Source: Nitrososphaerota archaeon (lineage in GTDB: Archaea > Thermoproteota > Nitrososphaeria > Conexivisphaerales > Conexivisphaeraceae). From it: a stretch of 20,000 nt of DNA. The notes beneath the pieces were generated by a model, which saw nothing but the letters and a program-made list of their open reading frames with translations, was not told the DNA's origin and did no database searches. Shown here piece by piece: positions 17,553 to 20,000 of the stretch (position 1 is the first letter of the stretch; the number at the start of each line of letters is the position of its first letter). The stretch is from assembly GCA_015522695.1 (NCBI GenBank), contig WALT01000007.1, positions 12,816 to 32,815 of the forward strand. Reading direction: 5' to 3'. The position numbers and the translations under genes were made by a program.

Positions 17553-18547
17553 CGGAGGATTCAACCCCTAGATGCAGCAGGTGCGGGAAGCGCGCGACGT
17601 ATCATCAAGCTTATTCCGGGACCTATTTCTGTGACGATTGCTTCGTGAAGTACCTTGAGAGGAAGGTGGCGAGGACCATAGCTAAATTCGAAATGTTACA
17701 CGCACACGATAGGATAGGGGTTGCGCTTTCGGGCGGTAAGGACAGTATGATGCTCCTCCACATACTGCTCAAGCTCGCACCCAGGCATCGTTCTGACGTG
17801 GTAGCACTCACCGTCGATGAGGGTATAATCGGCTATAGGGAGAGGGGTGTTCGACTCGCGGTCGACAGCTCGAGGAGGCTCGGTGTACAAGTATACACGG
17901 TATCGTTCAAGGAACTCTACGGGTTCACGATGGACGATGTGGTGAACGAGATCGGTTCCAAGATGACCCCATGTAGCGCATGTGGTACCCTCAGGCGAAG
18001 GGCGATCGATGTCCTAGCAAAGGAGGCCGGTGTCACTGTGGTAGCCACAGGGCACAATTTGGACGATATCGTACAGACTTTCTTGATAAATTTGATGAAT
18101 GGGGATATAAAAAGGATAGCATGGCTTCATCCCAAGATGTGGAGGCCGCTTCATGGCCGACCTCGAAGGGTACAACCGCTAGCTGAACTCCTCGATGACG
18201 AGGTCCTGCATTACGTGAAGGTGGATGGGATACCATTTCAGGATGAGAAATGTCCCTATAGAAGCAGGGGGATCAGGAGCCGGATAAGGGAGATGTTGAA
18301 CGATCTGGAGAGGGAAAGCCCTGGGATCAAACACGTTCTCTTCAAGAGCATGTTGAAGATATCCGAAGGGATACGGAAAGAGGGATGGACGACCCCTGAA
18401 GTTAAGAAGTGCCACATATGTGGATGGCCATCCACATCCGATCCCTGCAATGTATGTAGGATCGTGACCTCCATTGTTGGGCAACCAATAAATATGAAAC
18501 GGCTAGAATATGAGGATGCGGAGGCGCGGGAAGGGTCGGGGGGCTAG
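17549..18547 (+). CDS. TtuA/Ncs6/CTU1-family tRNA 2-thiolation protein (TIGR00269-like)
   Basis: CSRCGKRATYHQAYSGTYFCDDCF, PP-loop VALSGGKDSMMLLHIL, GHNLDD, C-terminal CHICGWP...CNVC. Its last 30 nt overlap the SRP RNA. Confidence 0.87.
   Translation: MTEDSTPRCSRCGKRATYHQAYSGTYFCDDCFVKYLERKVARTIAKFEMLHAHDRIGVALSGGKDSMMLLHILLKLAPRHRSDVVALTVDEGIIGYRERGVRLAVDSSRRLGVQVYTVSFKELYGFTMDDVVNEIGSKMTPCSACGTLRRRAIDVLAKEAGVTVVATGHNLDDIVQTFLINLMNGDIKRIAWLHPKMWRPLHGRPRRVQPLAELLDDEVLHYVKVDGIPFQDEKCPYRSRGIRSRIREMLNDLERESPGIKHVLFKSMLKISEGIRKEGWTTPEVKKCHICGWPSTSDPCNVCRIVTSIVGQPINMKRLEYEDAEAREGSGG
18487..18495 (+). promoter_or_regulatory. TATA-like box (AATAAATAT) for SRP RNA, inside the thiolation-protein CDS
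   Basis: Centred about 27 nt upstream of the SRP RNA helix 1 5' strand. Confidence 0.6.
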
Positions 18548-18840
18548 CCGTCCCCCATACCTGAAACCGGCTACATGCGGGGACCTGATAACCCACAGGT
18601 AAATCCCCGTCTCCAGCTACCTGCGGGATCACCGAAGGATGAGCCTGCGACGTGGTGGGCAATCGTGGGCGGGCTCCGCACTCGAAGGGGTGCGGTGATC
18701 CGTTAACCCACCGAAATGGGTTAGGTCCGGGAGGGAGCGGCCCTAAGGTGGGGCGGAGGCGCTGCCACGCACCGTAGGCGATGGAGGCCCCGCAAGAGGG
18801 GCTGAAGGTGGGGTGGAACTGTGGGGGCCGTGCCTCCGCG
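18517..18840 (+). ncRNA. Signal recognition particle (7S) RNA
   Basis: Helix 1 GCGGAGGCGCGG (18518-18529) pairs with CCGTGCCTCCGC (18828-18839). Alu domain GTCCCCCATACCTGAAACCGGCTACATGCGGGGACC; helix 8 TTAGGTCCGGGAGGGAGCGGCCCTAA. Confidence 0.93.
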
Positions 18841-18879
18841 AAAAGGCTAAAATACATCTTCAAGGTAGCGAAAGGGAAA

Positions 18880-18964
18880 GCCGGGGTGCCCTAGCCCGGT
18901 AGGGGGCAGGCCTGCTAAGCCTGTGGCCCTTGTGGCCTCGCGGGTTCGAATCCCGCCCCCGGCG
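18880..18964 (+). tRNA. tRNA-Ser(GCU)
   Basis: Acceptor GCCGGGG/CCCCGGC, anticodon arm CAGGC-CTGCTAA-GCCTG (GCT), long variable arm TGGCCCTTGTGGCC, T-arm GCGGG-TTCGAAT-CCCGC, G73. TATA-like CTAAAATAC about 30 nt upstream. Confidence 0.95.
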
Positions 18965-18970
18965 TCAAGT

Positions 18971-19045
18971 GGGCCGGTCGTCTAGCGCGGTTAGGACGCC
19001 GCCCTTACACGGCGGAGGTCCCAGGTTCGAGTCCTGGCCGGCCCA
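18971..19045 (+). tRNA. tRNA-Val(UAC)
   Basis: Acceptor GGGCCGG/CCGGCCC, anticodon arm CCGCC-CTTACAC-GGCGG (TAC), T-arm CCAGG-TTCGAGT-CCTGG, A73. Starts 6 nt after tRNA-Ser. Confidence 0.95.
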
Positions 19046-19119
19046 TGATCTCCCGGTATAACTGGCTCCCCGGTCACCGAATCGATACGAAGTACTCTCA
19101 TCTGCTTAAGGATGTGGTG

Positions 19120-19166
19120 TGTTTTTCTTATTTTTTATTTATTTAATATATAATATAATTGCTAAA
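19120..19166. terminator. AT-rich T-run region, probable terminator zone between tRNA-Val and the convergent RNR gene
   Basis: GTTTTTCTTATTTTTTATTTATTTAATATATAATATAATT; strongly AT-rich against a GC-rich background, between the plus-strand tRNAs and the 3' end of the minus-strand RNR. Confidence 0.45.
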
Positions 19167-19261
19167 TCCATGATCACGGCTTTGGGATAGCCGCTGATGA
19201 GACGGAATGGGTACCGTCCGGAAACCGTGCTGAGGATGAAAGCTCGATCCCATAACGATGG

Positions 19262-20000
19262 TCAGCTACATGTAGAGTAGCCACAGCTCATACATGTCAT
19301 ACACGAGCCTATTTTGACCATCACGCCGCCACACACTGGGCATATATCATAGGCATATCTGTCTATCTCCTCCTCGTGCGTCGGCAGTTGCTGTTGAGAG
19401 GCCACGAAGCCCTCGGCGATCTCCTTTTCACCCTCACCCAGCGGAAGGAACAACGTGGGTTCCTCCCCCGGTCCCGGTTTGCCCTCCTCCTTCTGGATGG
19501 TCTCGGCTTTGAGCTCCTCGACCATGGAGAGCTCTATCGCCTTGGCGATGGCATCCGGTATCGAGTTGATCACCACGTTGTTCTCCTGTTTGATGCTCAC
19601 GCTCTTTATGTTGCTGAGTTGATCTATGACATCCTGTTGATCGACGCCGCTCCTGAGCGTGAGGCTGACCAGTCTGCCGATCGCCTCAGCCAGGCTCACC
19701 AAGGTCGACCCGCTTTTACCTATCTGCACGAAGACCTCGAACGGCCTGCCCTTCCCATTTTTGTTCACGGTGACATAGAGGTTGCCGGCCTCCGTCCTGA
19801 ATTTATAGGTGACACCATATAGCTTGAACCCTCTAGCCCTGGGCTTGGGTGGGCCCTCAAGGGTTGGCACCTCCTCGGCCTGTTCTCTAGCTATCTCCTT
19901 CTTCTCGGCGACGAGGACGTCCTCCCTGCTCCCCTCCCTATAGACCGTTATCCCCTTGCATCCGGTCTCCCAGGCGAGCTTGTATATCTTCCCGACATCC
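19262..20000 (-). CDS. nrdJ: Adenosylcobalamin-dependent (class II) ribonucleoside reductase, C-terminal part; 5' end beyond the window
   Basis: Frame is open to the right edge: DVGKIYKLAWETGCKGITVYREGSREDVL...GVTYKFRTEAGNLYVTVNKNGKGRPFEVFVQIGKSGST...CPVCGGVMVKIGSCMTCMSCGYSTCS. The track start at 19870 is internal. Confidence 0.88.
   Translation of the reverse strand, partial: DVGKIYKLAWETGCKGITVYREGSREDVLVAEKKEIAREQAEEVPTLEGPPKPRARGFKLYGVTYKFRTEAGNLYVTVNKNGKGRPFEVFVQIGKSGSTLVSLAEAIGRLVSLTLRSGVDQQDVIDQLSNIKSVSIKQENNVVINSIPDAIAKAIELSMVEELKAETIQKEEGKPGPGEEPTLFLPLGEGEKEIAEGFVASQQQLPTHEEEIDRYAYDICPVCGGVMVKIGSCMTCMSCGYSTCS

Noticed and set aside
18402-18863. Minus-strand 153-aa ORF and neighbouring antisense ORFs
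   Set aside because: Antisense to the SRP RNA and the thiolation gene, with no motifs.

Overview
The window is a compact, thermophile-like archaeal chromosomal segment. It is dominated by housekeeping genes and is unusually rich in core non-coding RNA genes. Protein content: a cobalamin nucleotide-loop cluster (cobT, cbiS fusion, cobY partial) on the minus strand; a frame-disrupted Holliday-junction-resolvase-like gene; a SWIM Zn-finger protein; an ACT-domain protein plus a PFL/UPF0210 protein; an Lrp-type ligand-binding protein; TiaS; eIF-5A; a DUF1512-like protein plus a small zinc ribbon absent from the ORF track; methionine aminopeptidase; PPAT; PheS/PheT; a small Toprim protein; DnaG; an M50 protease; a TtuA/Ncs6-like tRNA thiolation protein; and the C-terminal part of a class II (B12-dependent) ribonucleotide reductase at the right edge. 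RNA content: tRNA-Thr(UGU), RNase P RNA (minus strand), tRNA-His(GUG) with a likely 15-nt intron in the T-loop at 59/60, 5S rRNA, a probable double-hairpin H/ACA sRNA, SRP (7S) RNA, tRNA-Ser(GCU) and tRNA-Val(UAC). The best second-look items are the T-loop intron in tRNA-His, SRP RNA and tRNA-Thr genes nested in the 3' ends of same-strand CDSs with promoters inside the ORFs, a U.G replacement in the SRP54-binding loop, the putative H/ACA locus, the unannotated zinc ribbon, and the three same-direction 1-nt shifts in the resolvase-like gene. I found no defence system, CRISPR array or mobile element. All calls are by eye; no database search or folding program was run.
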